This document shows positions 34,608 to 49,600 of a DNA stretch of 64,000 nucleotides, one piece after another. The translations under genes and the position numbers were made by a program. This stretch comes from Mytilus edulis (lineage: Eukaryota). How positions within the stretch are numbered: position 1 is the first letter of the stretch; each line of letters opens with the position of its first letter. The notes beneath the pieces are model-generated. The model did not search any database and was not told the DNA's origin. It saw nothing but the letters and a program-made list of their open reading frames with translations. The DNA lies in NCBI RefSeq assembly GCF_963676685.1, contig NC_092351.1, positions 37,944,001 through 38,008,000 on the forward strand. The letters are read 5' to 3'.

Positions 34608-37600
34608 AAGTAAGAAAAAAGAAGACAAAAAGGAAACTCAGGAAGAAAATGCAGTTGTCAAGACCAGGTACATGTTCAAAATAATACACTCAACTTTGAA
34701 TATTCAATCATGCAGCAACTCAAACTAATTGCAGATTTAAATTTCTACTAATACAATATTTACATTCTAAATAATTACTAAAACAGATAACATATTCAAT
34801 ATATAACTTATTTATCAACATTACATATGTGTTTATAGTTCGGAGTCTCAGAAAAATTCACAGAAGAAGAAAAAACATGGACAAGGAAACAGACTACTCC
34901 CTAAAAGGTATTCTAATTAATGAATGTTGATAAAGAAATAATGGGATATTTGTACAAATAATATTAGTAATATTAGTAATGTAGTTGCCTCGGATATGTT
35001 TCAATTGTCTTAGCAAAATCGTGTTCACCTTCCTCATTAAGAAATGATTGAATGAAACATACCAATGAATTCTTGTCTGTGGTTCTCTGAAAGCAACATA
35101 TCATTTATTAAATTGTTTTATAAAAGAATCACCGAGTACTATTTGTCGTTGCGACAGCATAAAAATATCAAGTTTGGTAATCCAAGTAAACTTAAGACTT
35201 AACTTTTTATTCGTTTGTCAAAGGTTTATAGAAACAATATGAAACTGCTCATTCAAATCACCCCTTTGAATAGCTTGTTTAAACATTCAGGATGAAACAG
35301 GTTTCAATCTAATATGTCCACCATTTACAAAAAGTAGGGAATAATGTACAATGAATGCATCGTCTTGTATCTTGAAATCCGTTGAACGTAGACAAATCTG
35401 ACAAGAGACCAATGATCTGCAAATTGCTTTTTGTTTTAACCAAAACAGCCAAAGACGACGGCTTAGCATTATATCCAAATTCTGACATGATGTTTAATTT
35501 TTTGGGTTTTGTGATTATTTAAAAAAAATTAATAAGGAGACACTTTAAATGGCACACATGATTATCGAGACAAGGCCTACGAATAATGCTATGGACCTTA
35601 AAATTTTTGTAGGGATAATGGCTTCTAGAAAATTTGCATTTATAAAACCATATTTATTGAATATTTCTTAAATACACTTAAAGTGTGTGTGTCTGAGGGA
35701 CGGGGAGGGATCGCACATTTATACTAGATTAATGATGTTGCCCTTGGGATTCCCTTATCCCACCCTTTTCATGTGATTTATATTCTAAAACTGTTTACCT
35801 TTTCATATGTTGTGTAGGTACACAAATGTTTTTTTACCATATCGGTTGTGTTTCGTGTGTTGTGTTGGAAACGTGAAATACCAAAGTGTTAAAAGAGGGG
35901 GAAATGTGGTACGATCACCATTAAAGACGACGGACGAAGACTTTATTGACTTTTATATATTTCTGATAGTAACCCCATCCGTCTATTCACCTATTTTCAA
36001 GCGTTTCAATGTGATATATTCAAGAGGAATTTTTTCCCTATATAAATGTATACAGGAAAAAAAATCTGAGACGAGTGCAATCTCTACTTATTCAAAAATA
36101 TGTAATACATTCAAGATATTTTTATTTCTAAGCCCAAGCGAGTCGAATGGAAAGCTGAATCTAGTGGAGAAAGAGGAAGAGACAACATTAAAAAGGTAAG
36201 TCTTGTTAATCATCCTGTTGTGAAAAAGTAAAATAGCAAATATACCCAGGGAAAATCTTAAAACGGAAAGTCCCTTATCAAATGACAAAATCAAAAGCTC
36301 ATAAAAAAAATAAAAAAATAGATAAAAGTGAAAAATGGCAACGTCATTTTACAACAGGAAATATAATGCTTGCGATCGCAGTTTCGAAATCAGATTGAGT
36401 AATGTATTTTGTATAAAGTTATTTGTTTGGGAAATATATAAGTGAGTCTACTTGAATGATACAAAATTCTTTAAAAGTACGAGCTTATAATTGACCACTG
36501 GAGACGGATGCTAACTATTTGTTAACAATTCTGCTATATATAAAAAACAAATGATTTTCATTCATTGCTAAGTTTTTAACTAATAATTAAATCAACGAAA
36601 TATATTTTTCTCAAGTTCTGCATCTAAAAGCAAACACCATGTAAATTAAAGATATTTCTTTCAGTTTAAAAAAAATAAATTTAAAAAAAAAAGACCGAAA
36701 AGAAAATTATAACATTACAGATGTACAAAATCTTAAATGAGTTGCCGTATTTTGCAAGAAAAACATGAACTAAAAGACCATGCCTAATTATATATGTTCA
36801 TTATTCAAATTCAAATATTTTATTGGACAAGGCACATATGATACAATGCGTATTCCAATATACAAACACATTAAACATGACAATTTATGCAAATACAACA
36901 TAAAGAAAACATTTCAAGTACTAATTATATATATAATATCACAGTATTACACAGTATTATACTTATGGTAGACCAACTGACATTAGATTTTTATTACGAA
37001 GTTCAAAAGCTTGACTTAAATAATTACATATTTGTCTGGTGTCTGGTATTAGTATTCCTATCCATCATTCGCTTGGTTTGCTTATTTTATTTTTTTAATG
37101 GAAATTATGCATTACATAAAATTGAGAATGGAAATGGGGAATGTGTCAAAGAGACAACAACCCGACCATAGAGCAGACAGCAGCAGAAGGTCACCAACAG
37201 GTCTGCAATACAGCGAGAAATTCCCGCACCCGGAGGCGTCCTTCAGCTGGCCCCTAAACACATATATATATATATATACTAGTTCAGTGATTATGAACGC
37301 CATACTAAACTCCAAATTGTACACAAGAAACTAAAATTAAAAATAATACAAGACTAACAAAGGCCAGAGGCTCCTGACTTGGGACAGGCGCAAAATTCCG
37401 GCGGGGTTAAACATGTTTATGAGATCTCAACCCTCCCCCTATACCTCTATCCAATGCAGAAAAATAAACGCACAGCAATACGAACATTAAAATTCAGTTT
37501 AATAGAGTCCGAGTATGATGTCAGAAGATGTAACCAAAGAAAATAAACAAAATGACAATAATACATAAATAACATCAGACTACTAGTATTTAACTAACAT

Positions 37601-40600
37601 TCCAGCTCCAGACCTCAATTAAACTGATTGAAAGATTATATCTTCATCATATGAATATTAGGCACAATCCTTCCCGTGAGGGGTTTAGTATCATACCATC
37701 ATAACATATATGATGTGTTTAATTCCGATGCAAAGACCCTATAAGTGAATCAATATTAACGCCAAAATATGCAATCTTTAATGACCTGACAACAGTATCG
37801 TAACTATATCCCTTCTTAATAAGGTCTATTTAAAGGTTTTGTTAGCTAACTGAGGTGATTATTGACATTTTTGTGCTTTATAAAGAATATTTCTATAAAA
37901 TATTAGTTGTGAAATACCTGAACGTATAAGAAGTCTGCATGTTGAGCTATATTTACGAATGATGTCCTCATACCGATGATAAAATTTAGTAAATGATTTG
38001 ACTAGTTTGTGATATCGAAAACCCTGGTGTAATCATTTTTCAGTAATACATAAATTTCTCTGGTTAAAATCTAAAACATTGTTACATACACGAGCGAATC
38101 GTACAAATTGAGATATATAAACACCGTAAGATGGTGACAAGGGAACGTCACCATCTAAAAATGGATAATTAACGATAGGAAATGAGAAATCATCTCTTTT
38201 ATCATAAATTTTAGTATTAATCTTTCCGTTAATGATATAGATATCAAGATCGAGGAAAGGGCAGTGGTCATTGTTAGTATTAGCTTTATTTAAAGTAAGT
38301 TCAACATGATAAATTTCTTAAGTGTACATACGGAAGTCGTCCTTATTGAAAGCCAAAATATCACTATGTATAAGTCACTAGTCCAAGCTGTCAAGCATTT
38401 TGTATTTCATCTCTCAATAATATTTAAATAACAAAACAGGAATATGGCTAAATGTGTTGAAATCTGTCATGCTCTTTTTGTTTTTAATCCCACACTAATT
38501 TTAGAAGTTCGTGTCCTAACTGTTGGCCTCAACGGTAAGTGATGAACGGTAAAACATAATTATATTGTTATGATAACAAAATGAGAATTTGATACCTTTC
38601 AATAGTCACTCTCGTTATTAAATTTTGATTAAAGTTATCAACCGACCAAAGGCTCGTCTTTTAATATATTGAATTTAACTCTAGAAGTTATCAAGAATTA
38701 AAACTCGTTATGAAACTTATATTTTCAGAATTACACTACACGAGGAAGGACTTAAAACTACGGAGTCACAGAAAAATAGTGCGTTGAACAGGTACATGAT
38801 ATTTATGCCTATAATGTTCAATAAATTAAATTATGTCGATTTATGGCTGTCTAAGAATAATAATTTGAACATGTTTATTTATTTTATTCTTAAAAATGTC
38901 CATTTCGATTATCGGTCATAGATGTGCAACTTTAATTGAGAAGCAGCAAGAGGAAATGGTTTAGGTTTTAAATTCTTTTAAGCGAACAAAATAAAGTATC
39001 TGGATTCACTGATTTGAAAGGATATGATTTAGTGTTTCTACGAATGCTTGTAAAACAGTCGGATGATATAAAGATGATATTAGAAACTCCCAAATATAAG
39101 ATAAAATAACAAGTTTTGAAAAAAACCCCGAAAAGACGAAAGAACAAAAAAGTTCATAAAACACTACATAGAACATTGAAGAGAAACAAGAACACCAACA
39201 AAGACTGAGAGTGATTATTGTGCTCAATATTAAGAAATTAAAATCAAGTGTAATGCATACACTAGTAATTTTTGGAGCCCTTTACAGCTTGCTGCTCGGT
39301 GTGAGCCAAGGCTCTGTTTTACAGGCCGTACCTTGACCTATAATGGTTTACTTTATAAATTGTTACTTGGATGAACAGTTGTCTCGTTGTCACTCATACC
39401 ACATATTCATAAAACTAATGACGTATCAAATTATCTGAATACGTCGATTTATACATTACTTTTGTCTTAAAAATACTTATATCCATTAGTTATGATACGT
39501 TAATTGTTCACGTCCACGATATTTGGACTCTTGTGTGTTTCAGTAGTTGTTTCATTGGCAATCATACCACACCTCCTTATTTTCATAAGGCTTTACAAAA
39601 CGTATCCACCATAAAATCGGTATCAAATATTCATACGATTGATTATTCGTTGTTATAAACCACTTGACAATCTTATAAACCAGGTATTTGTCATTCCCAC
39701 GTTTAATATTCATGACTAGTTTAGGTGTTGAGTCTTGGCGTGATTTAAGAAAAAGTTATTTTTAATCAGGCTGTATGGTTTGTGTATGATAGTCTCTTTA
39801 CACATCATTTTAACCTTACACGATATGATAAATCCATATTTTAAATATTAAAGTTGGTTTAATTGTAAATTATCAAAACATACATCCCATGCAAATTGTT
39901 TTAAAGAGTAAAAGAAATTGAGACACAACTGAATTCGACAGACAAAGAGAAGAATGCAGCCTTAAAAAGGTAATGTTTCCCAGTCATTTCGAATTTAGAA
40001 GAGTTTCACAATTGGTTGCAAGATAAATTTTTTGGAATTCCAACGTTTCAATATAGGCATCAGGAAATGTTTTATAACCGTTATGATTTATTTTGTCAGA
40101 AACATTTGAAAATGCTTTTCCCCCGATTTTTACACAAACAGCTTTGTTTATTTAAAGTTTGACTGGTTTTAAAAAGGCAACAGTAGTATACCGCTGTTTG
40201 AAAGTAATATATCGATCAAGAGAAAATAAATCCGGGTTACAAACTAAAACTGGTATAAACACTTCAACTTTAAGAGGAAAACAATGTAACAACAGAAACA
40301 CTGATAACAACTGTCATTTTCCGGATTTGGTTCATTGTATTTTCAATTATTTTTTGCCAGCAAGAAGAGAGATTTGAATTGTTGGCCAGAATTGCAGTGT
40401 ACATCGTCGACTGTAATATTTGTCATGTGATTAATATTTCTTGTCAGTTCTTTATAGGCACTTTACCAAATTGTCTGTCATTAATAGATGACGAAAACAA
40501 AAACTTTATATTGAATTAGGTTTAGAAACTCTGGAGAATAGACGTAATAAACATAAGCTTATACTATTCTATAAAATATTAAATGGGATGACACCTGCAT

Positions 40601-43600
40601 ACTTATATGAGTTAGTCCAGCCATATCTTCCCAGACAAACTCCTTATACTTTGAGGAATGAAAATAACACTTTTCATCCGCCTCTTGCTAGAACTAGCTC
40701 TTATTTTAGTAGTCTCATTCCTTCCACCATAAGACTTTGGAATAGTCTTCCTTTGAGTTTACAAAAATCCCCAAGTTTGGGTATATTTAGAAGTGGACTG
40801 GAAAAGTTTTATAGGACTGATGATATATTTAAACCTTTCAACTATGGGATAAGGAAACTTAATATAAGTCATTGTCAACTCAGAAATAATGCTAGCAACC
40901 TAAAATCTCATCTGTTTAATCAGTTCTTATCAGAGAACACTGTTTGTGTAAACTGTAATCACCCTGTTGAGGATAACAAACATTTCTTTTTCATTTGCCC
41001 TAAGTACAATGATGTAAGACAGATCCTTCTTGATTCCATTAACTCCATTGCTGATAATGTTGATTTAAATATTGAGTTATTACTTTTTGGAAACAGATTA
41101 TTTTCATTTGATATGAATATTGCTATTTTTAAATCTGTCCATAAATATATCAGTGACACTCATCGTTTTGTTTAAAACTTACTTATTTTTTATTTCATTT
41201 TTTTTTTTTTTTTTTTTCCGTCTACACTTAAACATTAATTCATTTTATCCACTAAGCAAGCTTAGTGTCTCTTTCAAGCCATATATGTATATATATATAT
41301 TTCTAATGACTTATAAAGGATATTTGCATGTTTCAAGGTTCTTGAATACATGATGAGTAATTGCCTATATATACTTTGCATTTAGTAAGTAACATTGTAA
41401 ACATTTATTTTTTCGTGTGTGCTGATAAGTAGCATGCATGTTCCACTATATTGCATTATTTTTAATACAGTTGTTATAATTGAATTATACCTTGAACATG
41501 TAATATGGAGAGAGCTTTTATAGGCTGTGCCTGTTGCTCAATCCTTTTCATATCTTAATGAATAAAATATGTTTAAAATCAAATTAAGAGATGTAAAACG
41601 CATAAAAATCAAAGCATTTTGAACAAACTTCAATGTTATTTAGGTACACCGATTCTACATTTATATTTTGATGATTAGTTTATTTTTTCACAGCATATGG
41701 GTTTTTTACTTGTTCATTTGACACCTAATTTTACGTTTTCAATGGAAAGAATATCATTTCAAAATCAAGAAGTTGTTTCTTTTAATGACGAGATAATCAC
41801 GTATTATATATTACAAACTTTAAGAATTATACTTTTAGCTGATATTTTGTCTTAATTCTGACAGGTTTGTCAAAAATAGAGAAGCATATTAAATCAACAG
41901 CATTGAAGGGAAGAATATTATGTTTTTTTCAGCTATTGTTTTTTAATAAATATTGTCATAATATTCCATTTAATCAATTCATTCATAGAGTCACAGAATT
42001 CGAACAGAAATTGAAAGCTGCAGAATCAGACAAAGGAGATGCATTGAAAAAGTATGTTGCTTACGATGGTTAGAATAAACACTGCCTCACAGATGTGCGA
42101 AACCCCAGATCAAATTAAACTGGAAGTAGCATTTACCTCACTATGAACCACCATATATCTCTTTAATTTGTAGTATAAAATCCACCGGATTATTAATGTT
42201 GTCCATAAAAGTGAATAAAATTAGATCCATGGTTTCGTGTTGAAGACCGTACGTTGACCTGTTATGAAATAGAGAATGCAAACTTTTACAAATTGTGACT
42301 TGGATGGACAGTTGCCTAATTTGGCATTAATAACACATTTGTTTTTATATATTTATAGTCTTGATATAGAAATATCTAAAGAGGATAGAAAAGATCATTG
42401 GGTGTATATGCTTGGATTTACCTTCATACAAGTGTTCTTATAGTCCTTCATTTTACCATATTTCCGAAAACTGCTTGATATAAACGGCCTAATTTATGTA
42501 AAATGAAAATGAACGGAAAAAAAAATATGTAACACATTAACAAACGACAACCACTGAAGTACAGGCTCCTGACTATGGACAGGCACATACACACAGAATG
42601 TGGTTGGATTAAACATGAGAGTGGGATCCCAACCCTCCACTAACCTAGGACAGCGGTATAAAAACAATACAACATAAGAACGAACTATAAATAAAAACAA
42701 TACAACATAAGAACGAACTATAAAGATCAGTTGAAAAAAAGCTTAACTCATGATATGGACAAAAACACAAGAGGACGTGACCGGGTACTTGTAAATCCCA
42801 ACAACAAAAAGACACTAATATAGATCTGAAAGTTAACCGACAGATAGTTCAAAGTCACTAACAACTACTTAAAAAAATCATGCATTTTAGACTAAATTAT
42901 CAATCAAAGAGGTATTAACCATTTAGAGCTCTCAATGTCTATTGTGTTATAATTTTGGTACGTGGTTGCTTTTCGGTGTACACGACAATGCCGATGTGTT
43001 TGCATTGAAAGATTAAGTAAAGATTTATTATTTATATTAGGTTTGTTCTGATTTGCTTTTTATATACTGTTTTTTTGTAGAATAAAGGAACTTGAGGCTA
43101 ACATGAAATCGACAGAGAAAGAGAAGTTTTCAGCTGTAAAAAGGTAGTTTATACAAATCATTTGAAAATAAGAAGGAAACATCGTAAAAGACATTTTCCA
43201 GATTACTAGTAGATATACCTCAAATAACATATAGTAAATATAATAATATATCCAATAACCACTCAATCTTCCAAAATACTAAATAGTTTTATTAACTTGA
43301 TGAAGGTTACATGTATGATACCTTTCAAACTTTATGAATTATACTTCTGGCTTGATATGTTTTTCTAATTTGATAACCAACACAGATATAGGAGTATAAC
43401 GTTTTGAATCAGGATTTTGTTTGTTTAATAAATTTTATTGAAATATCCTTTGAAATGAATACATTAACAGAGTGAAAGATGTTGAACAGAAGTTGAAAGC
43501 CACAGAAACAGACAAAGAAGATGCTCTGAAAAAGTATGTTATGTAAAATAGTTACTGCAAATACCGCTTCATGCTCAACTTGATAAAGCTGTTTTTATTG

Positions 43601-46600
43601 AGCTTAATTTTGACTAATATATATAGCCATACTCAACTTTAAATAGGAAATATTTTAAAGTAATTTCAAAAAGAGAATATTTGTACAATCTGGCCAAAAA
43701 AATTTCTTTCTGACATATAACATAGGGCACATGTGTTGTTTATCTATTTTTGTGAGTAAGTGAAAACAATTTGAAAGCACTGTTGAACTTAACATGATAC
43801 TAGTAGATCAGCATTTGTGTCACGAGAATAAATTTTCAGCCATTTATGGATGTAAAGAATAAGGGATAGTTAAAAAATATATCGGTCATTTATTTAAAAA
43901 AAAAACAAAAAAAAAACGAAATCTACCTGTATTTGTTATTGATTGGAGACATTTTGTTCATCAGATCTGTTTATCAAGTTGATGATTACCTTTCAAAATA
44001 AACAAAGAGTTGTTATGTTGTATCTTAACGGGTTCAAAGTAACAGCATAAGTACTGAACTCTTAAACACATCAAACGAAATTCACACACTTTACGTATTA
44101 TACTTAAAGCGTATACTTTGTCTAACTCTGCCCCCTAATACACCACTGAAGAGACAATAATTGTCGAAATGCGTATATGTTCAATAAAAGTACTACCAAT
44201 AGGTCAATACCTCTGATGTTTGAATGTAAGTTACAAAGCTAGGGTATCAACCGCCCAGTAACCAGAAATTCGTTACTGACATAATTGTCTGGTTGAGTTG
44301 TTTTGTTTTCAAGTTTTAGAATTTATTTTAAAGCAAGAGTTATAATATCATATCCAATCAATCCATTAACAGAGTCAAAGATGTTGAAACGAAATTGAAA
44401 GCTAGTGAATCAGCCAAAGAAGATGTTTTGAAAAAGTATGTAACTAATTAAAGATAGTTAGAGTGAACAATTGTTCACAGCTGTTTTGAACACCAAATGA
44501 CCGAAAGTTGAAAATTGTTTTGCATCCCTATTAATTAACAAATATATATTAAATGTAATTGTATAACACTTACCGGAATGAATGGTTTCGAGAAAATAAA
44601 TCCAAAAACGTATCACCATGCTTATGTTAACCTCCTTTTCATATGATCATAGTACAGGCTGTTTTTGACCGACTTTGTATTTGGTTGCCACCTTTTGTTT
44701 CATGTGGAACAGGATCTGTTTACCCTTCTGGAGCTACTGCGATCACCTCCAGTTTTTTGTGGGGTTCGTGTTGCTTAGTCTTTAGTTTTCTATGGTGTGT
44801 CTTCTGTACTATTATTTGTCTTTTTTATTTTTAGCGTTGTAAATTTATTTTCGATGTATGAGTTTGACTGTCCCTCTGGTATCTTTCGTCCATCTGTGAT
44901 ATCTTTTACTCATAGACAGATACACCATGTGCTTATGTGAGAGTCATGTAAACGCTGTTTCTTTTTGGGGGAAATCAGTTGTTTTATATATATTTAATTC
45001 TTATAATTATTGACGTTTGTCCATTAACAGATTAAAAGATATCGAACAGAAATTAAAAGCTACAGACTCTGACAAAGAGAATGCTTTAAAAAGGTATGTA
45101 GTTAAAGATCATTCAAACGAACACTGCTTTACATATCTCGAGCTTTGAGTGTTTCTGATGAAGTTAAACCCAGAAAAGCGCTTCGGATGCATCTAATATA
45201 TATACTGTAAACCAACTTATTTTCGCAAATACTTTTTTTTCGCGTTTAGTCCTTTCTAATACACTTCGCGGCGATTTAATTTCACGATTATATAATTTAT
45301 TTGATGTAGTTAGATAGGAAAAGATCAAAGTTATACATATTCGCGACTATTTAAATTCGCGTTATTTTTCTCCTCGCGAAAGTCGCGAAATTAAGTCTCT
45401 CGCGAAAATTAGTTGGTTTACAGTATATGTCGGACGTCCATGAAATTTAATATAATAAGTATCATATCAAATCTTTAAGATCCACTAAGATCATGACAAC
45501 TAACGTTTCTAACATATGATATGCTCTTTGGCAATATAATTCATACACAAAAATAATTTTTAAAGATATAATGTCAACATTAATTTTGTCATTATAACAG
45601 TTAAAAAAATGCATCGGTGCTTGTCATGTAAATGCGGTTCTTTCTTTTAAGTAATGGTTTGTTTAATATATATTATTTTAGTATTCGATGTCAACTTAAC
45701 ATGTTTTATAAAATTTTGTACTTACGAAATTGGCTGTACCGAGTCTGGAATATTGTTTTCCATCCGTTCGATGTGTTTAAGCTTTTGCTTTTGCCATTTA
45801 GTAAGGGACTTTCCGATTTGAATAGTATCTTACGATTCGGTATTTTTGATATTTTACTTTTCATATTACATATATATTAGAGTGATATTAATGTTTATAT
45901 TTGTTCTGACTTAATTAACAATATACTTCTTATACTTTTGTTTTTGATAGAATAAAAGAATGTGAGGCAAAACTGAATTCTATCGAAAAAGAGAAGACTT
46001 TAGCGTTAAAAAGGTAATTAAACTTCCAAAGTATGTGTATATTAGATAATAAAAAGAGTGACACATACACCAAAAGCGGGACAAGTTGATCGACAACATA
46101 TTTGTTTTAGATTAGTGAATTGATATATCAACTGACAACCGGCATTACAATGGCTAGTATGGCTACAAATTGTGCAAACGTACGTGTTATTGTGTACTCA
46201 TTTGATGCAGATGTCCAACAAAAACTTCTTCAAGGACAAAAAGCAAAACTCATTTACGAAGTTCTCTAATTCTATGGACGACTTCAAACTTGATTATTGT
46301 CAACTACTACCCTTTTCTCCGCCGTATCATCCCTCTAACTGATTAAATGGGGTTTACAGTTTTTATATTGATAAATTTACTCAATGTTATGGAGTTTTTA
46401 GATCTTTAGATACAAGAGAATACGTAGTAATCTAATTTGTGAGCTTACTATTTGCTTCGTTATTCCTATTCTGGATGGTGAATTTTTAACTGAGCGTAGA
46501 TTTGAAAAAAAAAGTAAAAACACAAAAATACTGAACTCCGAGGAAAATTCAAAAAGGAAAGTCCAAAATCAAAAGGCAAAATCCAAAATCAAACGAATGG

Positions 46601-49600
46601 ATAACAAATTTCATATTAAATTGAGACTAGTGATGCAAGCATAACATGAGATCTTATCATCTTGACGTTTATCGGTTCGCTCTTGTGCAATCATGCAAAT
46701 CAAATCACGTTTTGTTTTACACCTTGGTTTGCTCTCAATCGATTTTTGAGATATGAACAGCGGGAAAATTGTGTCATCTTAATCATACTTTGGCACAAAG
46801 GTAGATGAACTTTAGTTTATAATCAGTTTTGTGTCAGTGTTGTGGTGTAAGTCGAAGGCTATCACAATTGTTACTTGATGAATATTTTGTGAATGATCTT
46901 TCATTCACTGATGTAAAACTTTTAAATACAAAGCAATTTAAATACATACAGCAAGGATTTTTGAAGTACATCGGATGAACACGTTTTTGTTGTGAAATTT
47001 GTATAAAAAACACAGTTGCTAGTGAATTAGACACCCTATATATCGTTCTATGGCCTTTTAAAAATTACATCTAAAACTCCTAAAAGGTGTCTTGATCTTT
47101 ATTGTTTTTAAAAGCATGACACATTTCCACCCAAAATATACTTGCACTTAAGATTTATACTCATTTTTTCTTTCAAACAAACTTATACAAAATCCGAAAT
47201 TCAAATTTATTCAAGGATTAAAATGATTTCTTTGATGCAAACACTTGTTTGATAATAGTAAAAGTATAACAATAACTTTCATTTATTCATTAATAGAGTC
47301 AAAGATTCCGAACATAAATTGAAATCTACAGAATCAGACAAGGAAGATGCTTTGAAAAAGTATGTTACTTAATGTAGATAGTAAAACGCTTCACCGCTGT
47401 GTTAAATGCCAGATCAGACTGGAAGTAGTATTTTACATAACCATTTATCATCATGCGATATCGAAGTTCAAAACTAACGGCACAATTAACTGTTGTATTT
47501 ATAGAAAAATAACCAATGTATCAAAATAAATACAACAAGATTATAGAAAAAAATCAAAGATACCAAGCTTACAATTTAGAAGGCTGTATGTGCCATGCAT
47601 CTGTCACAACATGATACACGAGTGTGCTCAAATCAAACAGTTAGAAGTTAAAATCCATAACAAGGTTAAAGTAAATTGCAAACTGTATTTCCAAAAAAGT
47701 TGTGCCACATCTTTCTTTGTCAGCTAATGCCCAATTTATTTAGATGTATTTCGTAAGTATAGTATATCCTTGTTTGTGGAGAGCTTTATTTTTTTTATAT
47801 AACTTCTTCATTATTCGAAACAATTTGTTACTCTGAAGTTCTTTTACGTTTTTCCTCCTAAAAATAAAAGTAGAAAACGACTTCCACAAAAATATGGTCA
47901 ATAATTTTCAAACATAGTTCATGAAAGTCTGACATTTTGAAAAAATATAAAAACTCTAAAAACGAGACAATCACAATACGGTGTACAAATAAAAAAAGAC
48001 ACAAGAATTTCAAGTTTTTTTTTTAGTAAATTTGGCATTAGGGGAAGAACGTTTGATTTTCTTGGTGGAAGTGGATAAATATTTGAGGATTAACTATTTG
48101 TTTTATGTTGCTTCGCATGTTATTTTTCGAGACGATAATTCATTTCTCAAACAGAATCATTTCCTGCATTTGTGTTTGAAGGATAAAATTTCCATCCTGT
48201 TTTAGTCATGGCATCTATTTTACGCTTTTACAAGGCCAGACTATTCATTTTCAAAATCAAACGAACATAACCCTCGAAAATAAAAAAAAGTCGTGCCCTT
48301 ATGATATTAAAATAATTTCATATCTCTTTTAGACTTAAACAATACATGGATGCAAATGCATTCCTTCAGAGAGAGCATACAAATGCATTGGAAAGGTAAT
48401 ATTAAATATACATATGTTTATTACATATAATACCATAACGGATTTTGTTTTGTAAATATACAATATACTACGATGCACTGTAATGGATGCCAAAATTGTC
48501 TCTTTACTTACAATGTAGTATTGCAAGTGATATCAAGTGTTGCACGAAATAAATTTCTGTTAGTATGATACTATCTACTCTAGATTTAGGGATATAGGAA
48601 TAGTAAACATTCCAAAGATCAATAAAGTAATTTTCTTCCCTTTACACTGGGGTGTATTCGTCTTATTTTGTGGACAAATGATGTACCAATTTCAAGTCGA
48701 GAATATTGCAGTTTATGTTCTTTTTTAAAATGATTTAAAAAGATAAGAAAAATAGCAATAGTATATATTGGGTGAGTATTCTAGCTCTGGTAGTGATGCT
48801 ATACGACAATTAAGTAATTTGTCACTGCTGCCTCCTTTTCAAACACGAAAGTTATGCGACTTAAATTGACCATGACGCCACAATCTATAAAACAATCCAT
48901 TAACACTATAATGCATAAATGCATTAACATAGTATGCGTTTTTCCATGAAAATGCACTATTGATTAATATACAGTGTTCACTCGACTTCTTAGAATAAAC
49001 GTTTCATGATACAATATTTCAGAATAACAGAAGCTGAACAAAGTGTACGTGTGCTGTCTCAGGAAAAGTCGGATGCTTTAACAAGGTGGGTGTAACAGGA
49101 AGTCTTAAAATTCCCTTTGAATTATTTTTGTAACAAAGATTAAAAAGAAAATCACAAAATTTTTAGACAGCTCATAAAAACGTTACCAACACACCAACAT
49201 AAGAAGAAAACAGATTCACAACCAACATAAGAAGAAAACAGATTCACAAAAAAAGATCAAACACTTGCAAGTCATAAACCAGGCATCTTGAATTGTTACA
49301 AGCAAACAATATGATTCGTGCCAAACTAGTTTTATGTCCACACTACGGAAAGCTAGACGAGGTAGCAGCAAGAATTGAAGAAAGTAAACATTTATGAAAC
49401 GATGAAAAACAAGACAAGACTATAAGTTGTATATTTCTTATGAAAGTTTACAAAAGTAACAAAATGTAAAAAAAATAGAGCTAGATTCGTTTAATTTATA
49501 TTTCTGGATAAAGTGCCTGACATTATCTCTCTATTTTAAATGTAATCCATATCGTAAATCTCTATTGCCCTTTTAAAAGCAAAAGATCATGCATAAGATA

